A DNA stretch of 48,732 nucleotides, filler included, from Jimgerdemannia flammicorona (taxonomy: Eukaryota): NCBI GenBank assembly GCA_003990765.1. It is 2 parts of 2 records of this genome, joined end to end, with 100 filler letters (N's around TTAATTAATTAA, not from the genome) between each part and the next. Parts side by side here need not be neighbours in the genome. Positions count along the whole stretch, not along the records: positions 1 to 24,322 come from RBNJ01000990.1; positions 24,423 to 48,732 come from RBNJ01000991.1. One strand, 5' to 3'. This document shows, piece after piece, positions 23,843 through 36,454 of this stretch. The notes under the pieces are model-generated. The model worked only from the letters and a program-made list of their open reading frames with translations, was not told the origin of the DNA and made no database searches. The stretch's first letter is position 1, and every line of letters starts with the position of its first letter. Position numbers and translations under genes: made by a program.

Positions 23843-24322
23843 TAGTGCATCGCAACCCGAGCCGACCCGTGTACATATTTAACCCGACCCGGAATTATAC
23901 GTCACCCGTCTTTAACCCGACCCGGAATTATACGTCACCCGTCTTTAACCCGACCCGGAATAATACGTCACCCGTCTTTAACCCGACCCGGAATAATACG
24001 TCACCCGTCTTTAACCCGACCCGGAATTATACGTCACCCATCTTTAACCCGACCTGGAAACGTACGTCACCCGTCTTTAACCCGACCCGGAATTATACAT
24101 AACCCGTCTTTAACCCAACCCGAGAAATATACGTGACCCGACCCGTATTTAACCCGACACAGACCCGTCTTTAATCCGCCTTTAAGCTACAAGGCACCAA
24201 AAAAAATATATTGCACATCTAAGATATATTTAGAATAAACAAACAGAAACATAATTAGGAATCAGAAATCAAAATGAAATCGGAAATAAATAGGAAGTAA
24301 ATCAGGAAAATAAAGAACTTAC
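23843..24322. mobile_element. One end of a probable hAT-type DNA transposon, running into the gap
   Basis: Begins TAGTGC like the MITE TIR; homology of the flank to 3741-3763 stops exactly here; ACCCG-rich subterminal repeats. Confidence 0.65.
23878..24180 (+). repeat. 33-bp tandem repeat TTTAACCCGACCCGGAATTATACGTCACCCGTC, about 7 full units plus degenerate ones
   Basis: Read directly; head-to-tail units with no spacers. Confidence 0.95.
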
Positions 24323-24422
24323 NNNNNNNNNNNNNNNNNNNNNNNNNNNNNNNNNNNNNNNNNNNNTTAATTAATTAANNNNNNNNNNNNNNNNNNNNNN
24401 NNNNNNNNNNNNNNNNNNNNNN
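24323..24422. other. Assembly gap with artificial six-frame stop linker
   Basis: 44 N + TTAATTAATTAA + 44 N = 100 bp. Confidence 0.95.
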
Positions 24423-24634
<212 letters not shown>

Positions 24635-24639
24635 CCACA

Positions 24640-26061
24640 AGTCATAAAGACCATAAGATAGACATCTCAACGAATATAAAAGAAGAACCAAGAAACTACA
24701 GCAGCAGCAACTCGAATAAGACTCATAAAATCCTAAAATAGTTCAAAAGACTCATTATAAACAAAATACCTACTGCTTGCCAAACCTCAAGGTCCAGGAA
24801 CTACTAAGGCTTCTCAATCTAAGAAAGGATATTCCAAGACATCAGGAGAGCCATGAGGACCTGCACCAGAAAGATTTCTAGCCTCAACCTAAGTACTAGT
24901 GACTCTTACCACTTTACTCTCTACTATTGTAAAATGGAGACAAGGATCACTAACACTATTGAATATCTCTAGATGTCACAGAAATATGAAATAAGAAACC
25001 TCCTCTGTCAGAAATTCCCTCAGACCAGTCCCCAAGTAATATAAGATACCATCCTTATAGATGTATATAAATTGAGAATAGCCAAAAAGATCTATCAGGT
25101 CTTCAGGCATACACTTTGGTCAATCTCCAACTTGGAGTATACCAGAGTCTCAGACTTCAAGGAATTATCAGCCCACCATACAAATGCACTAAAAGCCATG
25201 GTAGCCACAGAAGCCCAATCCACTATCACTCTCAAAAGTGATGAGATAGAAGAGTTCTGAAATTCCATCCTCAAGGATAATCTAGATTAATTTTTATAAG
25301 AATTAATCTCAATATTCTAAGTCCTCAGTATCCAGGTCAGACCCCCTCAAGACTCCACCTATGTCTTCTACTTTGTAGAGGAAAATATCATAGATTGGAG
25401 AGCCCCTGATCTCCTTCCTACTACTATTAAACATAATAATATTACTAGTAATGACATCATCCTGCTAATTGATACATATGAAATAAATGAAATAGAAATA
25501 TTTTCTGACCTTATTTCCTTCAAAGACATCCTGTCTCCAACCTCTAGTCTTAATGATAGTGATAAAGATGAAGTCTCTATGATTTTGAACATTCTACTCT
25601 AATTTGTTTGTATAACTATTTGTTTGAACACTTGAATATTCCAGCATTCTGATCTTGTGTAATCAATTATATGGGTACTTAAATTTATACTTACAATCTG
25701 AAGTTTTCTGTATTCAAATATCTTATTTAGTTATTGGATTTTATATTTAGCTTTATATCTTAGTAACTATTGAATTATATTTTGTATAAATACTTCTCTC
25801 ATTTCTTTTAAAATAAAGTCAGTATTAAAAACACTCAAGCATAACTACTCAAGAGTACAAAAGTTCCAGTCCTCTACTCAATTCCAAGCAAGTAAATCCA
25901 AGAGATAATAGAACAGTTTATAGATAAGAAGTTTGAGGACTATAAGATCTTTGGAAGATACTCCAATAAAACTTTCTTATAAGAAACTTGTAGTTGGTCT
26001 AAGAGATATACCTTGAAGAGAATCTGATGTACTTAGAGAACTCAGCACCCACTATATGACA
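24640..26061 (+). repeat. 5' LTR of Gypsy element 2
   Basis: Matches 41374-42683 plus 48484-48606; ends TATGACA; followed by PBS-like TGGTGCCCA at 26065. Confidence 0.9.
24829..25602 (+). pseudogene. 258-codon ORF inside the 5' LTR of element 2
   Basis: Same frame and length as 41563-42336; several stops are complemented by sense codons in the other LTR. Confidence 0.65.
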
Positions 26062-26182
26062 ACTTGGTGCCCATTAGCTAGTGATATCATTAGGATCTCT
26101 CACTTTTAAGCTAAATAACAAATAACTACTACAATAATTACTCTGACTACAAGAGTTATCCTCTACAAGAATTCAAGATAAG

Positions 26183-27261
26183 ATGGAAATGCATTCCCCC
26201 ATATTTTATGGATTTACCACTGAAGATTTAATCCTGATCTTTATCAAAGACTTTGAACAATTTGCTGTCATATGAGCTCTCAATATTGAAGCACAATTGG
26301 CCCTCTTACCTGTCAGCCTCAGAGGACCTACTAGAGACAAGTTCAATGCAGCTACTATTGCTGACACTGGTGCAGCCAAACTTACCAATATAAAGAACTT
26401 TCTCAGAACTACATACTATACTAAATAGATTAAGTAAGCTCTCAAAGATCAACTCAACACTATCTGCCAAGGACTCAATGAAGACTCTAACTCATTCTAT
26501 ACTCAAATCTGCCACCAGATTATCTTGGTTAGCTATAATAATGCCCTCAAGGAATAGATAGCTGACTCAACCTTCTTAAAAAGAGTCTATTATAAAATTG
26601 CTCTAACAATCTGATCTACTTCAGCTGCTCTGACTCTTGACTAGAAAGTGGTCTTTGCATAGAGATATTGGACCATCAGATACCTTGCTGAACACTCAAT
26701 AGAAAGGATAACTGGCATCAAGATAGAGCCACCAAAACTAACCAGTATTATATCCACTATAGCTCTCAATAGACAACTATCTCCACCTACCTCAAAGATG
26801 GCCAAAACCAACCCAGTGGAGGAACTCACCCAGTAATTTGTCAAGATGACTGCACACCTTAATGACATTGTCAGAAAAGTATGAAGTATCTACAGGAGAC
26901 CAGTGCAGAAGTTTGTAGCTACTATAGAGGAATATACTATTATATGCTTCAAATATAGAGAAGAAGACCACTATGCAAAGAATTGTATGACTGAAATAAG
27001 ATATAGAGCTCAACCAAGTAATACTATCAGAACTAGAGAACAAATCAATACAGTAGTTATTAAAGAGATTGGTAATACTGATGATGAAGAATACTATGAG
27101 AAGTCTAAATTCTACTCTGTTACTGAAGGTACCAGAACTCAGTCCAAGCCCTATGATAAGAAGGACAACAACAAGCTAGTTGGAAGATCAAAAAATACCC
27201 CAACCATCACTATTAAAAGTAAGATCCAATCTGAGAAGATTGATCAAGATATGGAGTTAGA
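26183..27261 (+). pseudogene. gag: gag of element 2 (continues after 33133)
   Basis: PIFYGFTTED; decayed knuckle CFKYREEDHYAKNC at ~26945-26988. Confidence 0.75.
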
Positions 27262-27343
27262 CATCTTTCTCTGGTAACATTCAGGTTACACAATCCTTTG
27301 GCAACACTTTCGACACAGTTTCTGGAGAAAAGCTACTAGTATC

Positions 27344-29358
27344 ATGGCAACCAACGAGCATCCTGAGATACGTACTGGGCAGGGTGGCCCTGGAGTGTTT
27401 GAATGGCAGCAAGTGGGGAGAGGCCCCAGCTTGGGGGGAAGTATGAGGGGCCTGCTGGTGGGAGGCCATGGTGGAGGAGGGGGCAGAGCTGGAGGTCCAG
27501 GGTCTGGCAGGGTGAGCTTTACGGAGAAGGTGAAGGGGGGTTGGCAGGGAGCTGGACTGGAGAGCTGGCTGAGAGGGGGGAAGGTACCGGTAAAGGCTAC
27601 CAGGCAGCAATCTCTTGGGGGTACCTCTCTGGAGGGCCATAGGGGTGGAGCTGGGGGGGTAGCAGCTGGGGCGGGGACTGTTGATGGGGGTGTGACAGGT
27701 GATCTGGAAAAAAATCTAGATGGGACTGCTGATGGTGAGCCGAGCAGTGGGAAGGGCACAAGGCCTGGGGACCTGGCGGATGGTGTAATGGGACTGGCAG
27801 TAGCTCTGTTACTCAAGAAGTTGATCTCAGCATTCATGGTCACACTGTGCTTCTAGGGCTTAGCAGTGATGGTGAAAATGGTGTTGGAGCTTATCACTAA
27901 GCAGGTGGCAGGAGCAGCTTCAGTGAAGTTTCTGAAGGGACTGGAGGGGGTGGAGGTGGGTTTTGAGGAGGTTGAACCACTAGAGGAGACACTGAAGATT
28001 GGGTTGGTGGTTGGAGAGGTGTGTGTTCCAATGGCGAGATGTTTGAAATGGGATCTGAGGGTGGTCCAACTGCTGGTGAAAGGAGTACTCATAGTCTCAT
28101 AGTGACAGCAATGGAGACAAGGAAGAGAGTGGAGGATGTCATGGTGGAGTATGGAGAGGTGGTGGATATTGGTTTCAGGGTCTGGGAAGGGACCATGCTC
28201 AGGACTGGGGATGTGGATGTGAGGATTCAGCTGGCTGGGAAAGAGGCTACTGGAAAGGCGAGGGACTGGCCTTCAGTGATGGTTTGGAGAGCATTCCTGT
28301 GCAAGGTGATGCAGGTAAAAGGAAGTGAAGAAGAGGAGGAAGATTTATTAGAAGCGCTGGAAGAACTGGATGGGGCTGTGGAGCAGCAAGCTAAGGCCTG
28401 GAAGACTTTCGAGGAGTTGACACGCCTGGAGGTAGTGGATGGAAAGAGGATTTGAGTGGACAAGGTGTAGTGGGAAAAGGCTCAGGGGCAGAAGAGGCAG
28501 AAGGATCTGCTGGCTAAGCTGGGGGGTGGACTACAGAAGGATGGGAGCATGAAGCCAGGTGCAGAAGGGGCTGGAGTGAGTGTCTGGGCTGGTGAGAGGA
28601 GTGGGAATGATGGGGCAAAGACAGGGAAGGCAAAAGAGGTGAAGATTAGCAATCCATATGCTGATGGCACCTTAGAGGTTTGGGACAAAGTCTGGGAGAA
28701 CTCCCCCACCCCTTCCCCTCTTATCAGATATGGCCTGGCTTCCAGGAACAAGTCTGGGGAGGATGTAACAATGCTGGGGACCCAGCAGGTGAAATTCAGC
28801 ATTCCGGAGATAATGAATGGGGACCAAGTAGTGGTGGCCGGGGAGGAGGAACTGGTGGATATCCCGGAGGTGTGGGATGAGGATGCGAGTGCTGGAGCTG
28901 ACACCATGATGCTGAATGGAGGGAGGCCAGCGACCCCTGGCGGAAAGGAGGTGGGGAACCTACTTTGGATGTACTGGATGATGAATAACCTGGCAGCAGA
29001 AGAGCTGGGGGAGGTGGACTTGTGTGGGATGAGTGACGAGTACTGGACAAGAATTTTGCAGGGGGAGGGAGTGCTGATGGCACTGAAGGCGGAAATTCTC
29101 GCAGTGTATCTGGAGGAGGAAGGGTATGAGTTGGTGGTAGTTGCTGGGAAGAAGGCTGAGTACTGTTGGAACAGGCATCATGGGTTGCAGCTTTGGCAGG
29201 AGGCTTGCATCAAGTACAGAGAGGAGTTTGAGGAGAAGGCTAATGAGGAGATGAATGAGCTGTTGACTGGATTGGAGGCTCAGAGGGCTGAAGAGGAGGA
29301 GGTGATGGCTGAACATAATCTGGACACAGCACAGGGGGAGATGGACATGGAGCAGTAG
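27344..29358 (+). pseudogene. LINE A ORF1 (Gly-rich N-terminus, possible RRM-like core, acidic C-terminus)
   Basis: Tiled ORFs 27344-27856, 27866-28102, 28021-28455 and 28549-29358; homologous to 43092-43862 (MARCL.WD, GKEATG..RDWP). Confidence 0.8.
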
Positions 29359-29388
29359 GGATTGATTGAGAACAAACCGTATTTCATT

Positions 29389-32300
29389 ATGAACAGTACA
29401 ACCAATATTTTTTCTTTGAACGTAAATGGGCTAAGGGGCACAGTTAGGTACAGGAATATTTTTATTTGATTGAAGGGATTGGAGGCCGATCTCTTCCTCT
29501 TGCAGGATGTCAGGTGTGAGAATGATTCTGATAGGATAGAATGGACTATGGAATGGGGTGGCATGGCGATTTAGAACAGCAAGGTTGGGATTCTGGTTCA
29601 GAAAGGCAGAGGAGAGATAAGGGATGTAAGGAGCTGGAGGGAGCAACTGGTCTGGGGTGAGTGGATTCGTACAGGTTGGGAGCCAGTCACAGTTGGCTCC
29701 TGTTACTGCCCTGCTGTGTGGGGGGAGCAGGTTGATTGGGTGAAAGGGCTCCTGGAGAGTGAGATCCTTGCTGAAACTGGGTTGGATATGCTTAGAGGAG
29801 ATTTCAATATGGTTTGGGATATACAGCTGGATAGAACTGATGGAGGATGGGGTACTAAGAGCAGAGGTGGGGGGCTGGTGATGTGGGAGGAGGTCGAAAG
29901 GCTTGGAGCACTGGTGGATGCTGGTAGGAAGCACTGGGGGGACAAGAGGGTATATACACATTGGGCTGGAGGGCTGGGGACAAGGATTGATTGGATTCTG
30001 ATAGCTGACTGTTGGGGCCACGATGTTTGGAAGATGCTAGAGGTAGAATGGTGTCTGTGGTCAGATCACTAGAGCCTTTTAGGATAGGGGTGTTTTGGGG
30101 GAAGTGGTGATGGGCCTGGACATTAGTGCCTAAATTCCTCCTTGTTGGATGATGAGTCCCAGTGGGAGGAGTGGGCGAAAGACATTCAGCTAAAGGTAGA
30201 GAATTGGCGGCAGGAAGGGGCTGCAATTGGGGTTCGGTGGATGAGGATGAAAGAGATGGCCAGGTTGTACTGGAGCAAGGCTGGCAGAGTGGCTAGGAAG
30301 CAGCAAAGGTGGAGAGTGCATTGGGCTTCTACTAGATTGGCTAAGCTCCTGGAGGAGTGGGCGAGACTGGCAGTGGTGGAGAGAGAAGAGGATTGGAGAA
30401 TAACGAGAGTGAAGATGGAGGTTGGGGAACTACAACAAGTGCTGTGGGAAGAGGAAGAGTTAAGGATGCAAGGCCTGGTGGCACAGCTTCGTTGGCAGGG
30501 GCTGGAGGAAGGGGAGAGACCTTCCAAGTTTCTCATGAGGACACTTCGAGCGAGAAGGGTACAGCAGTGGTAGGAAGGGGTACTTGACTCAAATGGTTTA
30601 CTAGTGCATGGTGTATAGGATATCCTTGGAATGCTGAAGGCGTGATGGAGTGGATTATGGAGTGAGGAGGAGGGTGGGGCAGATGCTATAGCCATTGACC
30701 AAACATTAGAAGATTGGCACCCACCACAAGCTGAGGGATTAGATGACCTGGTGATGCCTGTAATAGAGGATGAGATCTGCCAGGTTCTTGCCGCGACAGC
30801 CTTGGGTATGGCGCCTGGGGAGGATGGCCTACCCTGGGACTTCTGGAAGCGAATGGTTGGAGTCCCAGGTATGTTGGGGGAGCTGACAGCACTGTGTGAC
30901 TTTATATTGCAGTCAGGAAGATGGGTAGGGGAGCAGGATCTTGGACTGGTGATGCTGCTTTATAAGAACAAAGGAAGATGAGAGGATTGGAAGAACTGGC
31001 GGCCAATAATGTTGCTAGATATGGACAGAAAGTTGGTGACTAAGGTGGTGGTTGCAAGGCTACAGAAGGTAGCCCAGCAAATTGTGGGTGTTGAGCAGAG
31101 AGACTTCATAGGGGGTCAGCTTATTAGAGATGGCACAGCCTGGGTATATGGAGTCATTGAAGGTGCTCGAGCCTGTGGACTGGATGGGCATCTTGTCTTC
31201 TTGGACCAGGAGAAGGCTTATGACCAGGTGCGGTGAGTCTGGCTGGCAAAAGTATTAGATAGAATTGGGGTTCCGGTCCCATTTTGGTCAGTGATAGTCA
31301 GCCTACTGGAAAGGAGTAGAGCTGTACTCATGTGTAATGGGCATAGAGGGGTAGCATTCCCTCTGGGTAGGGGAGTGCCCCAGGGGGGCCCACTGTCCCC
31401 CATTTTGTATGCTCTTTCTTTGGAACCTCTAATGGACAGGATTCGATGGAGGATAGTGGGGCTCTCTATCTATGGAGTTGGCTGGAAAGTTGGAGCCTTT
31501 GCGGATGATATGGTGGTTGGTTTGGGAGTGACTGCTGATGTCGAGGAGCTTAAGAAGACAGTGGAGTGGTATGAAGAGAACTCTGGAGTGAAGCTGAATT
31601 GGCACAAGTGTGAAACAATGGTGCTGAGCAACAGCCTGGTGGGCAGAGAGGTTATTGGAACAATTGTCCCCACCGGAGAGGCAGTGCGGTACTTGGGCAT
31701 CTATTTGTCAGTCTATAGATCTGTTTTGCCCAGGCTGTGGTGGGAGCAGAGGATTGGAATTTGGGAGGAGGATCTGTAGAGTTGGGGGGGAAGACACTTC
31801 TCTCTGGCAGGAAGGATCTCAATTTTGAATGTATACTGGCTGCCGAAGCTGTGGTATTTGGCTTATCATCTGGACTTCCCAGCCTGGGTGGTGAAGAGAT
31901 TGGTAAAGGTGGCCAAGGGATGGATTTGGGCTGGCAGGCAGAGTCAGATTGGTTGGGAGACTTTGTCCCTACTGGTGGCAAGAGGTGGTCTTGGGCTGGT
32001 GGACTTCTCCAAACAACTACACTGCTTGAGGGCATGGTGGCTTAAGAGGGCAGTGGAGTTGTATGGAGGGGGCTGGGTTCCCCTGCTGCAGAATGTCTGG
32101 AAGAGGTAGTCATCACCAAGAGGCGCGACTAGTGATCTTCTTTCATTAGTTGGGCTTCGGAACACTGCACAACTGAGATATAAAGGCTTCTGGTGGGGGA
32201 TAGCTGAGGGGGTACACCACATTGGTATTCGCTGGCAAGGGGATGAGGGGGAGAGGGCTTGGGGCCTGGCGATGTGGAGATGGGATGGCATTCTTCTAGG

Positions 32301-33045
32301 AGGCATGTCTTTACTTGATTTCAACATTGGTGATGAGATTGAATGCCAAAGGGGACCAGGCCAGGATCTGTGGCCTAGTGGTTGGCAAGGAGTTGGAATT
32401 AGTGAGGAGTGGGACTGGAATGGGGTTCAGACCTAGAGTACCGCAGTGAAAAATTGGATGCTGCTGAAGTACTGAGTGGTCTGGTGGCATGTACTGAGGA
32501 GGAATGTGATGCTTAACTTCCGCTCTGGACACCTTGTTGTAGGGGGCTGCTTTGACTGTGAGGAGTGCCATAATGTAGGGCAGAAAGGAGAATTTGTACA
32601 GATGCCAGAACATTGGCTAGGGGAGTGTGAGGTGTTGGGAGACTTTTGGTGGGCCATTGGAGACTGCTTGGGGGTGAGGCATAGGGGAGATGATGTATGG
32701 GGTAGGTGGGAAGACCTGGGGGATCGATTGGTAGGAGGGGTAGGGGAGGAGTGGATTACTTTAGGCTGGGCATTGGCTATTTGGATTGGGCTGGCTGGTC
32801 ACTGGCTATTTGTATTTGAGGAGAAAAGGTGACAGAGCTTGGGGAGCTGGTTATCATGGTGGCAGTATCTTACAGAGGATACCTTGACAGGCTGGTGGCT
32901 TTGTTGGGGGCTGCAGGGGGGTCAGAGGCGCCGCTTGGTGGTAAAAATCTGTGGTCAGAGTGGTGGGAGAGTTGGAGTTGTTGGTGAGAGGGTGGTCTTT
33001 ATATGTGAAGAGGTGGAGAGGGGCCCCCCGATGGGGATTGGGTAG
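29389..33045 (+). pseudogene. LINE A ORF2 (APE endonuclease, RT, C-terminal Cys/His motif)
   Basis: SLNVNGL, GDFN, RIDWIL, SDH; PGEDGL, WRPIML, DQEKAYD, GVPQGGPLSP, FADD; CFDCEEC..EHWLGEC. Confidence 0.92.
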
Positions 33046-33439
33046 TGGGTGGTAATATTGTATACTTATTCATAGACTGGTAATAAAGACAGAGTCCAAG
33101 GGACTATAAAAAAAAAAAAAATATGGAGTTAGATAAAGCTGCCCACCAAATTATTGAAAACACTACTCCAGTCTCAGGAGAAAGTAAAAGTAAGAAAGAA
33201 TAGAAGCTGTATAAGACCAAGATCTATCAGTATAATATCTACAAGGACCTCAAAGGAACAGAAGGTCAATGCTACTTTTGGACAACTAGCAGAAGTCTCT
33301 ACCTTCAGACAGTAGTTGAGAGTAGAGCTTATAACCACTATCAAGAACCAAGATTACAAGATCATAGAAGCTCACAATGCACAAGAAGATGAACAAGAAA
33401 ACTCAGGTGAAGAATCTAAAGATCAGCACAAGACCTCAG

Positions 33440-33790
33440 CCTATACCCAATATCAGATTAAAGATTGTATCTTTAATGCTATCATTGATACCAGTGCTGG
33501 AGGATGCCTTATGAGCAAGAAGACAATTGACCACATAGGCTAGAACATTGAAGAATCTATCAAAATGATCTATGTTACAGCAGATGGTATATGAGCTACC
33601 CCTTTAGGTAAGATCTGAGAAGTTCTCATCAAGATCAGAGAAGCTACCATTTTAGTAGATGTAATCATTACAAGTATCACCAACTATGATATCCTCATTA
33701 GTAACTAATAGCTTCACAAGGCCAAAGCTATCATTGACCTCAATGCTCAGAAGATATAGATCAACTATAGAGGAAGAAAGATATGAGTCT
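33440..33790 (+). pseudogene. Aspartic protease of element 2
   Basis: AIIDTSAGGCLM; ADG...TPLG; YDILI. Confidence 0.75.
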
Positions 33791-34149
33791 CTATTAATAT
33801 CCACAAATAAGTACTATCAGATATGGAGGAAGAAGATGAAAAGAATACTACACTAAGTATATAAGAACAAAAGCAAGACAACTAAGCTCACAGATGAGCA
33901 GTAGTACAACAAGATCATTGATGGCTATATCTCTCAAAGAAGATGCCCCTATAGTGCCAGAATGTACTGCTCTGAACACCTAAATAACTACTAGTCCTGT
34001 ATCAGTGAAGTCAGAAAAATCTGTCAATAAAAGCATGAGCAAGAAGTAGCTGAAGCAAAAAAGAAAGCCAAAGAAGATGACCAGCCCCCAGAGCTTCAAG
34101 CTGATAGTGATGATAAGGAGAAATAAGAACCAGACATCACTCTCAAGGT

Positions 34150-34520
34150 CAAGAAGTTTCACCCCAAAGCTAAGATCCCAGAATATAAGACTAAAGGAGT
34201 CATAGGAATAGACCTTGCTAGTATCCAAGATGCTATACTTGAACCACAAACCACTACTCTACTTGGCATTAGAATTGGAGTTGAGTTACTAGAGAATTAT
34301 GTCAGAATTATCAAGACTAGGAGTAGTCTGGCCAAGAGTGAAATCTCAGTTGAAGGAGGAATCATTGACTCTGATTATACTGGTGAGATCTTTCTTATAG
34401 TCAGGAATCACAACCCCACCACCCTATTCAAAGTCAAGAAGCATGACAGGATTGGCCAGACTGAAGCCATTGAACTCATCAAGACTAAGAGAGGAAAACA
34501 AGACTTTGAATCTACTGGAA
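34150..34520 (+). pseudogene. dUTPase domain of element 2
   Basis: GIDLAS, TRSSLAK, VEGGIIDSDYTGEI, DRIGQ, RGKQDFESTG. Confidence 0.85.
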
Positions 34521-34699
34521 GAGAAGTCTATACTGCTACCAAGATTACTGAACTCAAGCATAAGAAAGACAAAGACCAGAACAAGTACACATATATCATT
34601 GGAGAAAACTTTCTCCTAGAAAAACAACTTCTCAAAATTCTATATCAGAATAAAAGAGTACTTACCACAGACTTTAGAGATATCTATAATTAAAAACCT

Positions 34700-35398
34700 A
34701 AGTACTATTATAAAGTTGATACTAGTGATACTAAGTCCATCTATCAGAAAGTCAGACCCATATCACCTGCCTAAAGAGAATGGCTGCCAAGACTCCAAAC
34801 AACTACAGAAGTCTATACCTTTCTCAGACTGACATCTTACTATAGAAGATTCATCAAAGGATACTCCAGCATTATAGCATCTATCTATGAGCTACTGAAG
34901 AAAGAGATCAAGTTTAAATAGACTAAGAAATATCAAGAAATCCTTAATAAACTCAAGACCAAGTTGACCTAAGTATCTATTCTCAGAAGACCAGATTGGA
35001 ACCTAGAGTTCATCCTATAGACAGATGTAAGTGCTGTAGGACTTAAAGCAGTGCTAGCTCAGAAGAAAGATAAATATAAATATGTTATCTCCTATATAGG
35101 CCCAGATACTTATGGAGCAGAAAAAAACTATGAGTCATATAAGCTTAAATGCTTAGCAGTAGTCTGGGCAGTAGATAAGTTCTACTACTATCTAGCCAGA
35201 AAATACTTCACCATTCAAACATATTATTCTGCTCTCATCTGGCTATTCTACACTCTGAACTCCAAAGGAATATATACTAAATAGATCTACAGACTGTAAG
35301 AGTATGACTGTACTATCAAATACCATCTAGGAAGAACCAAAGTCAATGCTGATACACTCTCAAGGACATCCTAAAATACCCTCATCAAGACTATTTAA
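34700..35398 (+). pseudogene. RT N-terminal stub fused to RT thumb and RNase H of element 2
   Basis: YQKVRPISPA.REWL|PRLQTTTEVYTFL..YYRRFIKGYS; DVSAVGL, ADTLSR; no YxDD region. Confidence 0.8.
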
Positions 35399-35628
35399 CA
35401 TGAATAAAGAACTATACTATAGATTAATTAGCTATTTTGAGTAGCAGAAAATACCCAACTATCTCGAACTCTGGACTACTACTATTATTAACCAGACTTG
35501 AAAATAATTTGAACTAGACAATACCACACTCAGAAAAGAAGAAAAGCTCATTATATCTAAATATAGAAAGTATCAAGTAATGAAGAAAGTATATGAACCA
35601 GGATACTTAAGAGGAACTAATACATATA

Positions 35629-35963
35629 CAGAAGAGGAGGAAGGCCCAGTGGGAGCCAAGGGAGTGAACCCAAGCCAGTGTCAAAATGAACAGAAGACAT
35701 GTGGAAGAGCATATATAAGAGGGACAAACAAAGAACGTAACTGAAAATGCATCAGCCATTTATTACCACATAAAAACACAGTTCTTATATATAAAATATG
35801 ATGTCCCAAAAAGGAGGATGCACCACAACTCAGGGCAAACCGAATTAGGAACTACATGATCACTAGAGATAAGTAGAGATAAAGGAGGAGCCAATCCCTG
35901 TTGCAGGATAAAAATCACAAACAAATGCAAATAAAACAAATCCAAATTGGGATTAAAAAACAT
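35629..35963 (-). repeat. Inverted copy of PLE terminal repeat A
   Basis: Reverse complement of 36119-36454. Confidence 0.93.
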
Positions 35964-36118
35964 TCTTGCCCCCTCCGGGATCTCATGCTCACTCCAGGGT
36001 CTTGGCCTTACTCTGCTCTCCTCTGCTGCCTTTGGCCTCTTGCTTCACTCAGGCTTGCTGTGGCTCGCTCCATTTCGGCCTCACCCCTTGCTTATGCTCA
36101 CCCCTCCAGGGTCTGCAG

Positions 36119-36454
36119 ATGTTTTTTAATCCCGATTTGGATTTGTTTTGTTTGCATTTATTTGTGATTTTTATCCTGTAACTGGGATTGGCTCCCCCTT
36201 TATCTCTGCTTATCTCTAGTGGTCATGTGGTTCCTAATTCAGTTTGCCCGAAGTTGTGGCATGTCCTCCCTTTTGGGATGTTGTATTTTGTATATAAGGA
36301 CCACGTTTTTACATGGCAATAAATGGCTGATGCATTTTCGGTTATGTTTTTTATTCATCCCCCTTATACATACTCTTCCACATATCTTCTGTTTGTTTTG
36401 ACACTGGCTCTGGGTTCGCTCCCTTGGCTCCCACTGGGCCTTCCTCCTCCTCTG
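36119..36454 (+). repeat. 5' direct copy of PLE repeat A (pseudo-LTR), overlapping the ORF1 frame
   Basis: Contains TATATAAG (36291) and AATAAA (36318); matches 39596-39916. Confidence 0.93.

Larger units (their letters stand above)
27262..33120 (+). mobile_element. Full-length L1/Tx1-type LINE A, ~5.86 kb, degenerate
   Basis: 13-bp TSD ATATGGAGTTAGA (27249-27261 / 33121-33133); ORF1, ORF2, AATAAA and poly(A). Confidence 0.95.

Noticed and set aside
23878..24180. 33-bp repeats as a CRISPR array or a coding repeat (85-aa ORF)
   Set aside because: Head-to-tail units without unique spacers, no cas genes, eukaryotic context; the ORF is a by-product of the 33-bp period
24367..24378. TTAATTAATTAA as a biological site
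   Set aside because: Centred in a 100-bp N gap and gives stops in all six frames; an assembly linker. Adjacency across the gap is not guaranteed
36119..36454. Canonical hammerhead ribozyme in the PLE repeat
   Set aside because: Only CTGATGC is present, with no CTGANGA plus GAAA core on either strand
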